From: Octopus bimaculoides
Taxonomy: Eukaryota
Direction of reading: 5' to 3'
Assembly (NCBI RefSeq): GCF_001194135.2
Contig: NC_069004.1
Span: 31,178,580 to 31,229,351, forward strand
DNA: 50,772 nucleotides
Part shown: piece by piece, positions 14,086-26,134 of the stretch
Layout of the letters: each line of letters starts with the position of its first letter
Position numbering within the stretch: position 1 is the first letter of the stretch
Program-made: the position numbers and the translations under genes
The notes under the pieces: generated by a model
What the model was told of the DNA's origin: nothing
The model's input: only the letters and a program-made list of their open reading frames with translations
Databases searched by the model: none

Positions 14086-14778
14086 TTCCTTAACTATCTA
14101 ATCCAATATGTACCTCTTTCTCATATATTGTGATGGACAGGTTCCTCCTATGCTGAATTTTCATAGAAATTACTAAAAGCAAGAACTTAGATAACAAAAT
14201 TCTTCTGAATTTGGACCCTGGTCTTCGACTTTCGCCCTCGGTCTCCTACTACAGCCTTGGATTAACCAAATCTTTCTGGGTGGGTTTGGTAGACTGAAAC
14301 TGATAAAAGCCCATCATTGTGTGAGTGTGTGTGTGAATCTAGGCATGCATTGTATATGTGTATGTATGCATGTGTGTGTGTGTGTGTCCTTGTCTTGATG
14401 TCACACAATACTTGTAAATAAGCATCACCATACAACAAGTGGTGTTGTTCATTTCCAATCTTCCATGAAAACATGTCTGGCCATGAAGTGGGGGGGGAAC
14501 AGGTGAGAGTGGGGACAGGAAGGGCATCCAGCAGTGGAAAAATCTGCCTTAACAAATTCTCTCTGACTCATGGGACAAAGGATGGTAAAGGCAATCATGG
14601 GATGAAGAATAGTAAATGATGGTGATGACAACAATGATGATGATGATGATGGTGATACTGGAACTTGTCTCATTACCAGTTGCATTCTCTCCTCATTAGT
14701 AGCCTAATGTTTTCACTCATATTCTTAATCCCAGCAAAGATCATTCTTTGAAAACATGTTCAACCATTTAGCATTTAA

Positions 14779-15000
14779 CCCTTTCATTACCATATTTCTG
14801 TTGAGATGCTCTGTGTTTCTTTCAATTAATTTTAGATATAACAAAGAGTTTAGTAAAATAACTTCGTTATCATTAAGCTAGTGTTAGGAACATAAATTGT
14901 GATTAAAGTTTGGTGGAAGATTTTAATTCAAAACTTATGAAAACAAGACATTTGTACTACAGAGCCAGAGGCGGTTTCAGCCAGGTTGGCAACGAAAGGG
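14779..15000. mobile_element. piggyBac-type MITE, family 1, copy A (222 bp)
   Basis: TTAA duplicated on both sides (14775-14778 and 15001-15004). Terminal inverted repeats CCCTTTCATTACCA / TGGCAACGAAAGGG. No ORF. Confidence 0.85.
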
Positions 15001-15124
15001 TTAAGAGAAGCTATTTGAGAAAGGAAGAATGATTTTATTGCTGCTGAAGTCATCTTCACCTTTCATATCTTCAACATCAATATTAATGGGACCTGTGGAA
15101 ATTCCACAGAGCGAAAAAGATTAA

Positions 15125-15345
15125 CCCTTCTGTTACCATATTTCTGTTGAGATGTTCTGTGTTTCTTTCAATTAATTTTAAATATAACAAAGAATTTAGT
15201 AAAATAGCTTAGTTATTGTTAAGCTAGTGTTAGGAACATAAATTGTGACTAAGGCTTGGTGGAATATTTTTATTCAAAACTTATGAAAACAAACATTTGT
15301 ACTACAGAGCCAGAGCTGGTTTCAGCTGGGTTGGTATCAAAAGGG
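15125..15345. mobile_element. piggyBac-type MITE, family 1, copy B (221 bp)
   Basis: TTAA-CCCTT...AAGGG-TTAA. Colinear with copy A and in the same orientation, about 120 bp downstream of it. Confidence 0.85.
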
Positions 15346-15349
15346 TTAA

Positions 15350-15558
15350 ACTGGCAGTATCCAGCCAAAATATTCCACCTGTTTTATGTTCAAACTGGCC
15401 ATATCACGCCTTTCACACCTACCCTACAATGTCATTCTAAAAGTAAACAATCGCATCATTGAAATTTCCAATCTATAAGATAATGCAGGATTAATTCAAA
15501 ACAATGTGGATTAACAAGGATTACATTTAACAGAATAATCTGAATGCGAAAGGGCTAA
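15350..15558. mobile_element. Second TTAA-type MITE family (related copies near 25440-25622 and 32205-32290)
   Basis: Contains ccacctgttttatg...cacacctaccctacaat...gaataatctgaatgcgaaagggctaa. The reverse-complement block attgtagggtaggtgtga...cataaaacaggt occurs at about 25568-25620. Confidence 0.5.
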
Positions 15559-15791
15559 ATAAGTATTTCACTTCTTTCGGTCATTAGACTGTGGTCATAC
15601 TGGAGCACTGTCTTGAAGAATTGTTTAGTTGAATGAATCAACCCCAGGACTTGTTCTCTTGTCAAACCTGGTACTTGTTCTAGCGCTCTCTCTTTGCCAA
15701 ACCAGTAAGTTACAGAGACACAAACAAACCAACACTGGTTGTCAAGCAATGGGAAATGGGGAGAAACACAGAGACAAAGATACACACACAA

Positions 15792-16070
15792 CTATCTATC
15801 TATCTACCTACCTACCTGTCTATCTATCTACCTACCTACCTGTCTGTCTGTCTATCTATCTACTTGTCTGTCTACCTACCTGTCTGTCTATCTATCTACC
15901 TATCTGTCTATCTATCCGCCTATCTATCCGCCTATCTATCTGCCTATCTATCTCTCTGTTTATCTATCTATCTCTTTGTCTATCTGTCTCTCTCTCTCTA
16001 TCTACCTACCTACTGTACCTATCTCTCTCTCTTTCTCTCTCTCTATTGATCTATCTATATCTATACATAT
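15792..16070. repeat. (ATCT/ACCT/GTCT)n tetranucleotide microsatellite
   Basis: Read directly from the sequence. A similar (GATA)n tract lies at about 22035-22105. Confidence 0.9.
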
Positions 16071-16954
16071 ATTGTTGCTATTATGCAAAAGTGTCATGAG
16101 TCCAAAACATTGCTTTTTCAGAAAACGAAAAAATAGTTTCACAATTCCATAGTAAAACCGTTGTACTACGCTTTGACAATTTTTGATATCTTGGCATCTG
16201 AAGCTGCTGGAGATACGATAGCCTGACCAAAAGAACCAACTATTGCAAACAAAAATAAATATTGCAAAAAAAACCCGCATANNNNNNNNNNNNNNNNNNN
16301 NNNNNNNNNNNNNNNNNNNNNNNNNNNNNNNNNNNNNNNNNNNNNNNNNNNNNNNNNNNNNNNNNNNNNNNNNNNNNNNNNNNNNNNNNNNNNNNNNNNN
16401 NNNNNNNNNNNNNNNNNNNNNNNNNNNNNNNNNNNNNNNNNNNNNNNNNNNNNNNNNNNNNNNNNNNNNNNNNNNNNNNNNNNNNNNNNNNNNNNNNNNN
16501 NNNNNNNNNNNNNNNNNNNNNNNNNNNNNNNNNNNNNNNNNNNNNNNNNNNNNNNNNNNNNNNNNNNNNNNNNNNNNNNNNNNNNNNNNNNNNNNNNNNN
16601 NNNNNNNNNNNNNNNNNNNNNNNNNNNNNNNNNNNNNNNNNNNNNNNNNNNNNNNNNNNNNNNNNNNNNNNNNNNNNNNNNNNNNNNNNNNNNNNNNNNN
16701 NNNNNNNNNNNNNNNNNNNNNNNNNNNNNNNNNNNNNNNNNNNNNNNNNNNNNNNNNNNNNNNNNNNNNNNNNNNNNNNNNNNNNNNNNNNNNNNNNNNN
16801 NNNNNNNNNNNNNNNNNNNNNNNNNNNNNNNNNNCCCCCCCCACTGTGAGCTTACAACACGTTTAAAATAACAAGGTTGTACTGAGTTTAACCATTTTTA
16901 TACCAACCTACCTGAAACCACGCCTGCTCCAATGATATAAGCTTCCTGTTTTAA

Positions 16955-17176
16955 CCCTTTCGCTACTAACCCAGCTGAAACCGCCTCTGGCTCTGTAGTA
17001 CAAATGTCTTGTTTTCATAAGTTCTGAATTAAAATCTTCCACCAAACCTTAGTCACAATTTATGGTCCTAACATTAGTTTAACGATAACTAAGTTATTTT
17101 ACTAAATCCTTTGTTATATTTAAAATTAATCAAAAGAAACACAGAGCATCTCAACAGAAATACAGTAACAAAAGGG
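16955..17176. mobile_element. piggyBac-type MITE, family 1, copy C (222 bp, opposite orientation), nested in an older related MITE
   Basis: TTAA-CCCTTT...AAAGGG-TTAG, the reverse complement of copies A and B. It interrupts a diverged MITE running from about 16890 (TTAACCATTT) to 17329 (AAAGGTTAA). Confidence 0.8.
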
Positions 17177-17414
17177 TTAGATATCAAATGATTCATAGTA
17201 TATATAAAAATTATCTAAATTAAAACTTTCTATCAAAAGTTCATGTAAATCTATTTTCCAAATATCAACTTAATATAACAGTTCTTTTATTAAATTCTTC
17301 TCAAAATAAATACGGTAACAAAAAGGTTAAAGTGAACTATATTACAACCTTCCATCAAAGTTTTATGTTAATTTGTGTTTCAAACACCAGCTTAATAATA
17401 AGTTATTTTACTAA

Positions 17415-17729
17415 GGCACATGGCTCACGATCGTGAAGTTGTGAGTTCGATTCCAGACCTGGCTGCATGTGTTCTTGAGCAAGACCCTTTATTTCATGTT
17501 GCTCCAGTTCCCTCAGCTGTAGAAATGAGTTGTGACATCACTGGTAACAAGCTGTATCATGGCCTTTGCCTTTCCCTTGGATAACATCGGTAGTGTGGAG
17601 AAGGGGAGGCTGGTATGCATGGGCGACTGCTGGTCTTCCTTAAACAATCTTGCTCGGACTTGTGCTTCGGAGGGTAACTTTCTAGGTGCAATCCCATGGT
17701 CAGTCATGACCGAAGGGGGTCTCCTCCTC
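17415..17729 (+). mobile_element. CORE-like tRNA SINE with a 10 bp target-site duplication
   Basis: GAGTTCGATTCC B box followed by GTGTTCTTGAGCAAGACC...TTGCTCCAG. Flanked by ATTTTACTAA at 17405-17414 and 17730-17739. Confidence 0.8.
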
Positions 17730-19419
17730 ATTTTACTAAATTCTTCATTATTTTAAAAAATCAATTGAAACGAAGGCAGTGTATTGCAACAGAAATATGG
17801 TAACAAAAGGGCTAAACCTTTTGTAGGGAAATGACTAATCAATAGGAAATTGTAAGGGAATTTAGTCTTAAGTGTTGCTCAAGACAACATTTCTTAAATC
17901 TCTATTGGGATGTCTGATGGATTAAGTACAGCAAAACCTTTTAAAGACAGTTTTCAGATTGTTTAACTCTTTCATTACCATATTTCTGTTGAAATACTTT
18001 GCCCTTAATTAAATTAAATTTTTTAAAATAATGAAGAATTTTAGAAAAATAAAATTTTCATTATTGATCTGGTGTATGGAAAAGGATTAATTCGTATCAC
18101 CTTAAATCAGGAAGCTTATGCTATCGAATGAAAGGTAGTCTCAGTTGGAATGGTACCAAGAGGGACAATCTCTCAAGAAATTTGCCACAAGAAAGCACTT
18201 GTGCCAGTGCCGGGTAAAAAGCACCCATGCCGGTGGCACATAAAAGGCACCCAGTACACTCTGTAAAGTGGTTGGTGTTAGGAAGGGCCATAAAAACCAA
18301 GCCAAAACCGATGACTGGGGCCTGGTGCAGCTCTCTGGCTTACCAATTCCAGTCTCACCATCTAACCCATGCCAGCTGGGAAAACAGACATTAAATGATG
18401 ATGATGATGATGATATGTAGCACCATTAATTCAGACATGTCTTTTTCTCTCCATTTTTTCCCCCTCTCTCCATCTGTTTTCTTTCCTCATTCCTTTTTGC
18501 AGAAAAGCATAGGATCAAGATATTTAAGACTTCTTCCATTTTCCCTGAACATCAAACAAATACACACTGTTTGTTGTTCTTTCACCAATCTCTGTTTTTT
18601 TGTATACACACACACACACACATGCACACATATATATTATGTGTGAGTGTGTATGTATGTATGTGTGGGTATTTACTTTTTGTACAGCCTGGTACTTACT
18701 CTATTGCTCTCTTTTGCCAAACTGCTAAGTTACAGGGACACAAATGTACCAACACCAATTGCCAGGCAGTGATGGAGGACAAACATGGACATGAACACAC
18801 ACATTACAATGGGCTTCTTTCAGTTTCCATCTATCAAATCTTCTCATAAAGCTTTGGTTGGCCTGAGGCTACAGTAGAAGACGCTCACCCAAGGTGCCAT
18901 GTAACAGGACTGAACCTAGAACCATGTGGTTTGGAAGCAAATTTCTTATCACACAGCCACACCTGAAGATATATAACATTTTTTTCGGTTAGAAGATTCC
19001 CTGAGACATGGAATATATTCCAAGGATCCCTATAAATAAGAAGGTTCCAAAATGCTAGTATAAAGTGTAGGTAGAGGTTGCTGTTGACGCTGTCGTTTAG
19101 CCCAAAGTTTGCCACCTCAACTGAGCAGACTAATAGCCAAAGGCCTTCCAACTATGTCCATGCCATCTATCTTCTTGGACACTGTATTCCATGTACCATT
19201 CACTTTTTTAAAACTGTAGCGTGTGGTTTGAAAGGCGATTTGGCTGCACTGTCTAGCAAGTCAAACGACCCTATAGAGGCTGCCTCGTTGGCATGAGAGT
19301 GAAGAGGCAGGTGTGTGTATAGAGCATTGAGTGTAGAGGTGGGTGTTTATAGCAGACAGTTTAGAGTAAACAGTGAAGTAGATATTAGAGTACTAGGTGT
19401 CTGATGGCATCTACCATAC

Positions 19420-19453
19420 TCATACATATATACATATATATCTATACACTCAT

Positions 19454-19495
<42 letters not shown>

Positions 19496-19506
19496 GCATA
19501 CATACA

Positions 19507-19538
<32 letters not shown>

Positions 19539-19654
19539 GTCATATATGAATATATATATATGTATGCATATATGAATATATGTGTATATATATATATGAA
19601 TATATATATATGTATGCATATATGAATATNNNNNNNNNNNNNNNNNNNNNNNNN

Positions 19655-19713
<59 letters not shown>

Positions 19714-20063
19714 TACACACACACACATATATATATGTAGGTTTGTAAGTATGTATGCATACACATTGTAATAATTATCCGTGTGTAATAACTGAAGAGA
19801 ACGCAGTGTTTGTGTGTTTGTGTGTGGAGATAGATACGCACATACAAATACAGTCACATCTGTGGAGTAACCTACCTACATATATTAACACATTTATGCA
19901 TACATACAAACACTATTTACCAGACAACTTATACTCAGCTACCCACGTTATAAGATATATGATATGTATGTAGTTACATGTATGCATGTACGTGTGTGTG
20001 TGTATATATTTACATACATATATAAATATGTATATATATTTACATATATATTTCTCTCTCTCT

Positions 20064-20105
<42 letters not shown>

Positions 20106-20720
20106 CACACACATCATATGTATTATGGGAGATAAACATTTGAGAGATCTACATATATATATATGTATATATATAACAAATATACGATTCTTGTACATAT
20201 ATACATACACACACACATATGCATGTATGTATGTATTATGCAAGTTCATAGAGGAACTAACATGTGGTTGCTCAACCTACTAGAAATAGCAGTTAAATCT
20301 TCTTCAAATCACACCCTACAGTTTTAAAAAGGACACGTTGATATCGGAGTCCGGGTGGAGAAAAAGCATGCATGGAACAGAAGAAAAAAAAATGCAAGGG
20401 CAGGATGGTCATATATGGAATTTCTTTGATGATAGGTCAGCTTAACCAGAGCTGACTTGTGACTAAACAACATTATATGTGTGTATATATATGTGTATGT
20501 ATGTGTGTGTAGTGTATGCATGTATGTATGTGTAAATATGCACACATATTCACACGCCTAATTTGACATGACTCATAAGTCTGTCTTGACAGAGACACAT
20601 GCAAACTGATTGACAATACATACATACACACCATATACACAAATACTGATATATATATATACATATATATATAATATATAGGCATGTATGTATGTACACG
20701 TATTTATTTATGATTGTCCT
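19420..20720. repeat. Extended compound (TA)n/(CA)n/(TG)n microsatellite field
   Basis: Read directly from the sequence. Includes a 25-N gap at 19630-19654. Confidence 0.9.
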
Positions 20721-20807
20721 TGCTTTATTACATTTGAATGTTTTAACAGCTCCAGTTAGATTATATTCTGTCTCTGTTTGGCTCTCTCTCTCTTAGACAA
20801 AAATATC

Positions 20808-20843
<36 letters not shown>

Positions 20844-21212
20844 CCTTTCTACTAAAGACTCAAGGCCTGAAATTTTGGGGTAAGGGGATCGGTTAATTAC
20901 ACCAGCCCCAGTGCTCCACTAGTATTCATTCTATCGACCCCAAAGGGATGAAGGGCAAACTGTGGCAGAATTTGAACTCAGAACATAATGATAATAATGA
21001 TAATAATAATAATAATTTCATTTATATCGGCCACAAGGGCGATGGATAAGAGGTACAATACAAAGACTTACATAAAGTGTGGGAGTTTAATGATAATAAT
21101 AATAACAACAACAACAATTGATTCTAATTAAGGCATAGGGCCAATAATTTTCAGGGGAGAGGTAGGTCAGGCGATTTCATCGACCCCTGAAGTCCTAGAT
21201 TGGTAAATAATA

Positions 21213-21247
<35 letters not shown>

Positions 21248-23460
21248 TTTCTACTATAGGTACAGGGGTTGAAATAAGGGGTGGGGGGAAAGCTAGTTGA
21301 TTACATTGATCTCCCATACCCAACGGGTACTTTTATCTTAATGTCCCCTCCCGCCTCCGAAAGGATGAAATCAAATTTAATGATAATAATAATAATAATA
21401 ATAGTAATCATCATCATCATCAGTAGTAGTAGTAGTATAACAACAATCCTAATGTTTCCTAACAATAAATATAATAATCCTCATTAATCCTTTAATTAAC
21501 TAATCTTTAATCGATAGCTAATTGCTATGAGGATGACATGACTATTATTATTATTATTATTATCTCTACCAGTACATGTACATATAAACACAGTTACAGA
21601 AAGCTTCAGGTTAAACAAATACCACCAGCAAATCGTTAATTACTATAATTAATACTAATTATTGTGGTTGTTGTTGTCTTTGTTATTTATTTAGACAAAA
21701 CACAATACTTAGGGTTGATTTATATATATTTTGGAAATTTTTTTTTTAATTTTGTTTTAATGTTGTGTGTGTGTGTGTGTGTGTGTGTGGAGTTGGTTTA
21801 TAATTTGAAGACTCCAGCTTCTGAATCCATGCTCTGGTGTCTGTAAGAGATCCTAATTATATTTGTATATAATTATGCAATGACCACCCTGAAGAAAGGC
21901 ATTTAAAATACCTGTATATACACAGATATGCGTGTGTATGTATATATATATAGATGTGTGTATGTGTGTATATATATGTATGTGTGCATATGTATACACA
22001 CACACATACATACACGTCTGTGTATGTATATATATAGATAGATAGATAAACAGTGGACAGATAGTGAGAGATAGATAGATAGATAGATATAGAGATAGAT
22101 AGATAGGCTTAAACATACACACAGCCATATGTTAATAGGGATATGTTTGGTATGCCAAAGTCTATGTATGTACAAACGAATCTTGAAAAGGCGGACAGGC
22201 AGATAGGACGAAGAAAAAAAAAGAGAAGGAAGACGAAAGAAAGAAAGAACAGGTTCGCCATGGAACTCGTTTTTTTTTTTTCAATGTAATGAGTATCCGG
22301 AATAGAAAGTGACAATGGGTGGGAAAAAAAAAAGAATAAAAACGCAAATACCAGAAGACAGTTTGTTGCCTCTGGTCATTGAAAGTAACGTAGGGTGCCC
22401 CACGGCGGTGGCCAGAAGAGGTGGTTGTGATAGTGGTAGCTGGCAGAGTGGTGGTGGTGGTGGTGTGGTTGTTGTTGTGGTGGGGCCGTTGCGGTTTAGT
22501 TTGTGATCACGGTTATAGGACAATCGTCGTTATTTTGGTGGTGGAGCAGTTGTGCTGTTGGTTATGATGGTGGTGGTGGTGTCGACTACAGTGGTGTTAT
22601 GCTAGGGCAGTTGTGGCGGTAGTTGAATGATAACAGGTCGTTGTTGTTATTAATCCCAGGTTAATCGTGATCGAGCAAAGGCGTTCCAGCCGTGACTACC
22701 CCCCCTTTTTTTGTGCATATTAAAGACATCATCCAAAATGTCGTTATGATCTGAGGGAGATTTGGTTTGTATTTCTAGCAAGATGAGAATCCCTTGTGGC
22801 GGTTTCTAGTGGTCGTGATGGCGGTGGAGCAGTGTGTTGTTGGTTGTAGTGTTGATGATGGAAGGACAGTTGTAAAGCTGATTATTGTTGTTGTTTAGCC
22901 ACAGGTCAACCCAATGCGAGCAGATTTAGGATCGAAGGCAATCCAGCCACGGTCTTTCTGTATTTGTGGGATTATACCTAGGACTACCGAGGCATACGTG
23001 ATCCAACAAGTCCTATCCTTTTCTAAAAATGAGTACGAGGGTGTACGTGTGAGTGGGGTTACGATTTGATGGATATTTAGCTGCTATTTCTAGCAAAAAC
23101 ATCGACTACCTAAAAGCTCTCTGAACGATCGTGATGGATTGCGGTGGTCGTACGATGGGGGTGGGGATCATTATATTTTTAACCCAGCCAACAACTAAAC
23201 TAGGATGTCCAGTAATTATCATCAAAATATATGAGCGATACGTTAACCAAAATTAGTAATTAGCTTCTAATTACGATATCTTTATTTGCCACAAGGGCAA
23301 CCGATAAGGGGCATTACTAATTAACTTAATAATCACGATAGGTTTATTTGCCACAAGAGCAACAGATACGCATAAGGGACGAAGCACACAACAAATAACA
23401 TTAATTAAAAAATACTTAAGGGTCCAAACATTTGGGACCCCCTTTTTTTTTTGTCCTCAC

Positions 23461-23658
23461 CTTGACTAGTTTACCATCGATCTGAAGAGTCTTCATGGTA
23501 AAATCAACTCCGATTGTGCTGCCGTGTTTCTCCAGATATGTCCCAGACTTGAAGCGCTGCACCACACAGGTCTTGCCAACACCAGCATCGCCGATTAGGA
23601 CGATCTTGAACAAGAAATCAAACGAGTCATCTGGGTCTAAATGTGAATGATACGCCAT
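23461..23658 (-). CDS. RAB43: Rab43/Rab19-family small GTPase, first coding exon (66 aa)
   Basis: Translates as [66 protein letters not shown]. It has the P-loop GDAGVGKT, the switch I TIGVDF, and [10 protein letters not shown] / [13 protein letters not shown] typical of the Rab19/43 clade. It ends at a phase-0 donor AAG|GTGAGG (23460), just before the expected LQIWDTAGQE. Confidence 0.93.
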
Positions 23659-24054
23659 CGTTGCAACAATAAAAAATAATTAATTAAAAATATAAGCCTT
23701 GATGTGTGATGTCTGTCCGTATATATCTAACCAGACTGTCTCTTTTTCTTTCTCTATATATATTCTTATTATCCTTATTTCCTTCGAAGTCCCACCCCGA
23801 TACTATCGGTCCTCGTTCGCTGCCTTCGTCATAGCCAGCCACTTGCAACTTGGTCTGTCTCTTTAAAAATAATATATTTATATACACCATGTATTGAGTG
23901 CTTTTCCCTTTCGTTTGTAAACATACACGTATATAGATTACTGCACTTCTCTCTCCATATATTCTTCTTTGTGTGTATGTGTGTGTATATATTGACAGAG
24001 ATGGGTAGACTAGTAGATCGGGTGTATGTAGAGGTATTGGTATATAATATATAA

Positions 24055-24086
<32 letters not shown>

Positions 24087-24480
24087 ATTGTATGTATGTA
24101 TAAATGTAGGTATGTATGAGCGGCTAGGTTAATGTCCAGAACAGTAGCAGCAACACAATCAAGTGCGTGCTGGAATCGAAATGACACACACGAAACCTGC
24201 TACGCGTCTTCCCTCTCATACACACACACACTCGCTCTGTATGAAGGTGCGCGCGTGCGTATTTGTATGCGGGTATATGTATGTGTGCGTCTCTCTCTGT
24301 CTTTATGCGTTTGTGTGCATTTATATATGTGTACGAACAACTATATGCGTGTGTGAGTGTGTGTGTGTGTGCATTTATATACGTATGTGTATTTATGAAC
24401 AGCTATATGTGTATGTGTGCGTGTATAGTATGTAGGTATGTGTTTATATGTATGTGGGTGTGCGTTACACAAAAGTATGT
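24055..24480. repeat. (TG/TA/CA)n alternating purine-pyrimidine tract between the ETS-CRE motif and the Rab43 start codon
   Basis: Read directly from the sequence. Confidence 0.85.
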
Positions 24481-24493
24481 GTAAGTGTAGAAA

Positions 24494-24508
24494 CCGGAAG
24501 TGACGTAA
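24494..24508 (+). promoter_or_regulatory. Overlapping ETS-CRE composite motif in a CpG-rich promoter-like segment upstream of Rab43
   Basis: CCGGAAGTGACGTAA: ETS site CCGGAAGT overlapping a CRE-like TGACGT(A)A. It lies about 840 bp upstream of the Rab43 ATG, at the start of a non-repetitive, locally CpG-rich stretch (about 24490-24900). Confidence 0.55.
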
Positions 24509-25766
24509 GCGCAGCATCAGCAATCACTTCCTTCAAAGGTTACCTGTCCCGCCGCAGGCTGTCTCGCCCTGACATTCTTTATCTCTTTATCTTCAATCCC
24601 CTACAGTAGCTGAAGATAAAATACCTTCCGGGTAGACGACGATTCTGGCGACACAGTTTCGATTTTCAATCGTAGCTATTTCAAAAAATAGTCCCTAGAA
24701 TCGGTAGACATAAACGGATTGGATTATTCTCGTCCGTTTTAGTCTCCAGGGCAGGGTCCCCTGACCTTCAGAGTGTCTAGCCGAGATTACTAACACATGA
24801 TGTGCTTCGTATGCGACTTTAATATCCGTAAATCGATGTCTGCAGAGAAAGCATGAGAAGGAAGAGAATTCTTAAGAGTGGACGTTCCGAGGAGGAATAA
24901 TAACTGGACATGGTGTTTAGTGTGGAATATTGTGGATGAGAGGGTGGGTTAGAGGAATTGGTGTGAAAGGGTGCTAGCTCTGAGGAGCAGAGGGCATAAG
25001 ATACTCGAACCCTTAATTAAAGTGGGGAACCTTTTCTGTATTTAAAGACTTCATCGATTTAAGCGAAATCGAATGCGGCTATCGTTCGCGCGCGCGAGCA
25101 TACTTGGTTGTGGATCGGCAGAATCGTTAGCTTCGCGACATTTACGTTCTGAGTTCAAATTCTGCTAGGGTCAAACTTTACCCTTTAAAGGTCAATAATA
25201 CAACCTGTCAAAATTTGGAGTTGGTTATCAATTAGCCCCTCTTTGCAAAATCTCAGGTCTTATGCTTAGTGAGGGTCCAGAAATGGTACATCCCAGTCAC
25301 CCATTCTGATAAGATGGGTGACTGACAAAAACGGTTTGAGTGAAAGGCCCCACTCTAAGTATACGTCTGTAGAATGAAGAGCATGATTGAGGGCTTGTAC
25401 CTTTGGTGGTCTGGGTAGTCCTGAATTTATGGGGTTCCTTAATCCTTTAGAGTTTTGATTAATCCGCTAAATGCAATGTTTATGCATTCACATTGTTATA
25501 AAATAATCCTACATTATTTCATAGCTTTAGGATTTCGATGGTATGGTTGTTTATGTTTAGAACTATATTGTAGGGTAGGTGTGAGAGGCCACATCTGGCC
25601 GATTTCAGCATAAAACAGGTAGATATGAATTACTTGTAGGCCCACGGTATATCGTTATACAACCAAAATATGCTACGAAGTATATCAAATGTTTTTGTGA
25701 GTCAATACCGTATATTACTGTGTTAGCAATGCATTTAAACCACGCAAGGTCATCTCTACAGATATT

Positions 25767-25912
25767 CTATAGAAATTATCGGCGAGAGTAAAGAATACGT
25801 ACACCCAATGGTTAGGGCTAGGTTTAGGGCTTAGGATTAGGGTTAAGGTTAGGGTTTTTGTTACACCGAAAACAGGTGGTGTAGGTATTCTTTACCTCCA
25901 CCGAAATTATAG
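25767..25912. mobile_element. Small MITE-like element with ~35 bp imperfect inverted ends and internal telomere-like repeats
   Basis: The left end ctatagaaattatcggcgagagtaaagaatacgtacacc pairs with the right end ggtgtaggtattctttacctccaccgaaattatag. A degenerate (TTAGGG)n tract lies at about 25810-25854. Confidence 0.55.
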
Positions 25913-26134
25913 CCAGCACTGGTTTTATAACGACGTTTTGTATCCGAGACGCAGTGGGACTGAACCCAGAACCATGTAACTAGGAAGCAAGCTTTTTACA
26001 ACATTTCACCATCTTTTCCATTTCTCTCTCCTTATCCTTTATGTAAATCCTCACTCAAATTGCTGTCCGTCCGTGTGGTATCCTCCTCATCTATGCCCCT
26101 GTGACTAATAAAAGAAATTATTATTATTATAAAG

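Noticed and set aside
13737-14093. 118 aa Asp/Gly/Tyr-rich ORF resembling acidic biomineralisation proteins
   Set aside because: The ATG comes from the 3' end of a family-D repeat (CCAGCATGGAACAGACAC) and the body is that repeat's expanded (GAT/GAC)n tail. It has no signal peptide or splice context.
15005-15095. Candidate - strand mini-exon (ttccacag|GT CCC ATT...PINIDVEDMKGEDDFSSNKII) between two MITEs, next to a CTGTGGAA-A-TTCCACAG palindrome
   Set aside because: It shows no similarity to Rab43 or any family I recognise, is very short, and ends in a stop, so it cannot be supported without RNA data.
23521-23540. Rab43 Lys codon AAA (EKHGST) could be edited to Arg as in other Rab43/19 proteins
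   Set aside because: K/R is a conservative, commonly varying position, and nothing in the sequence points to editing.
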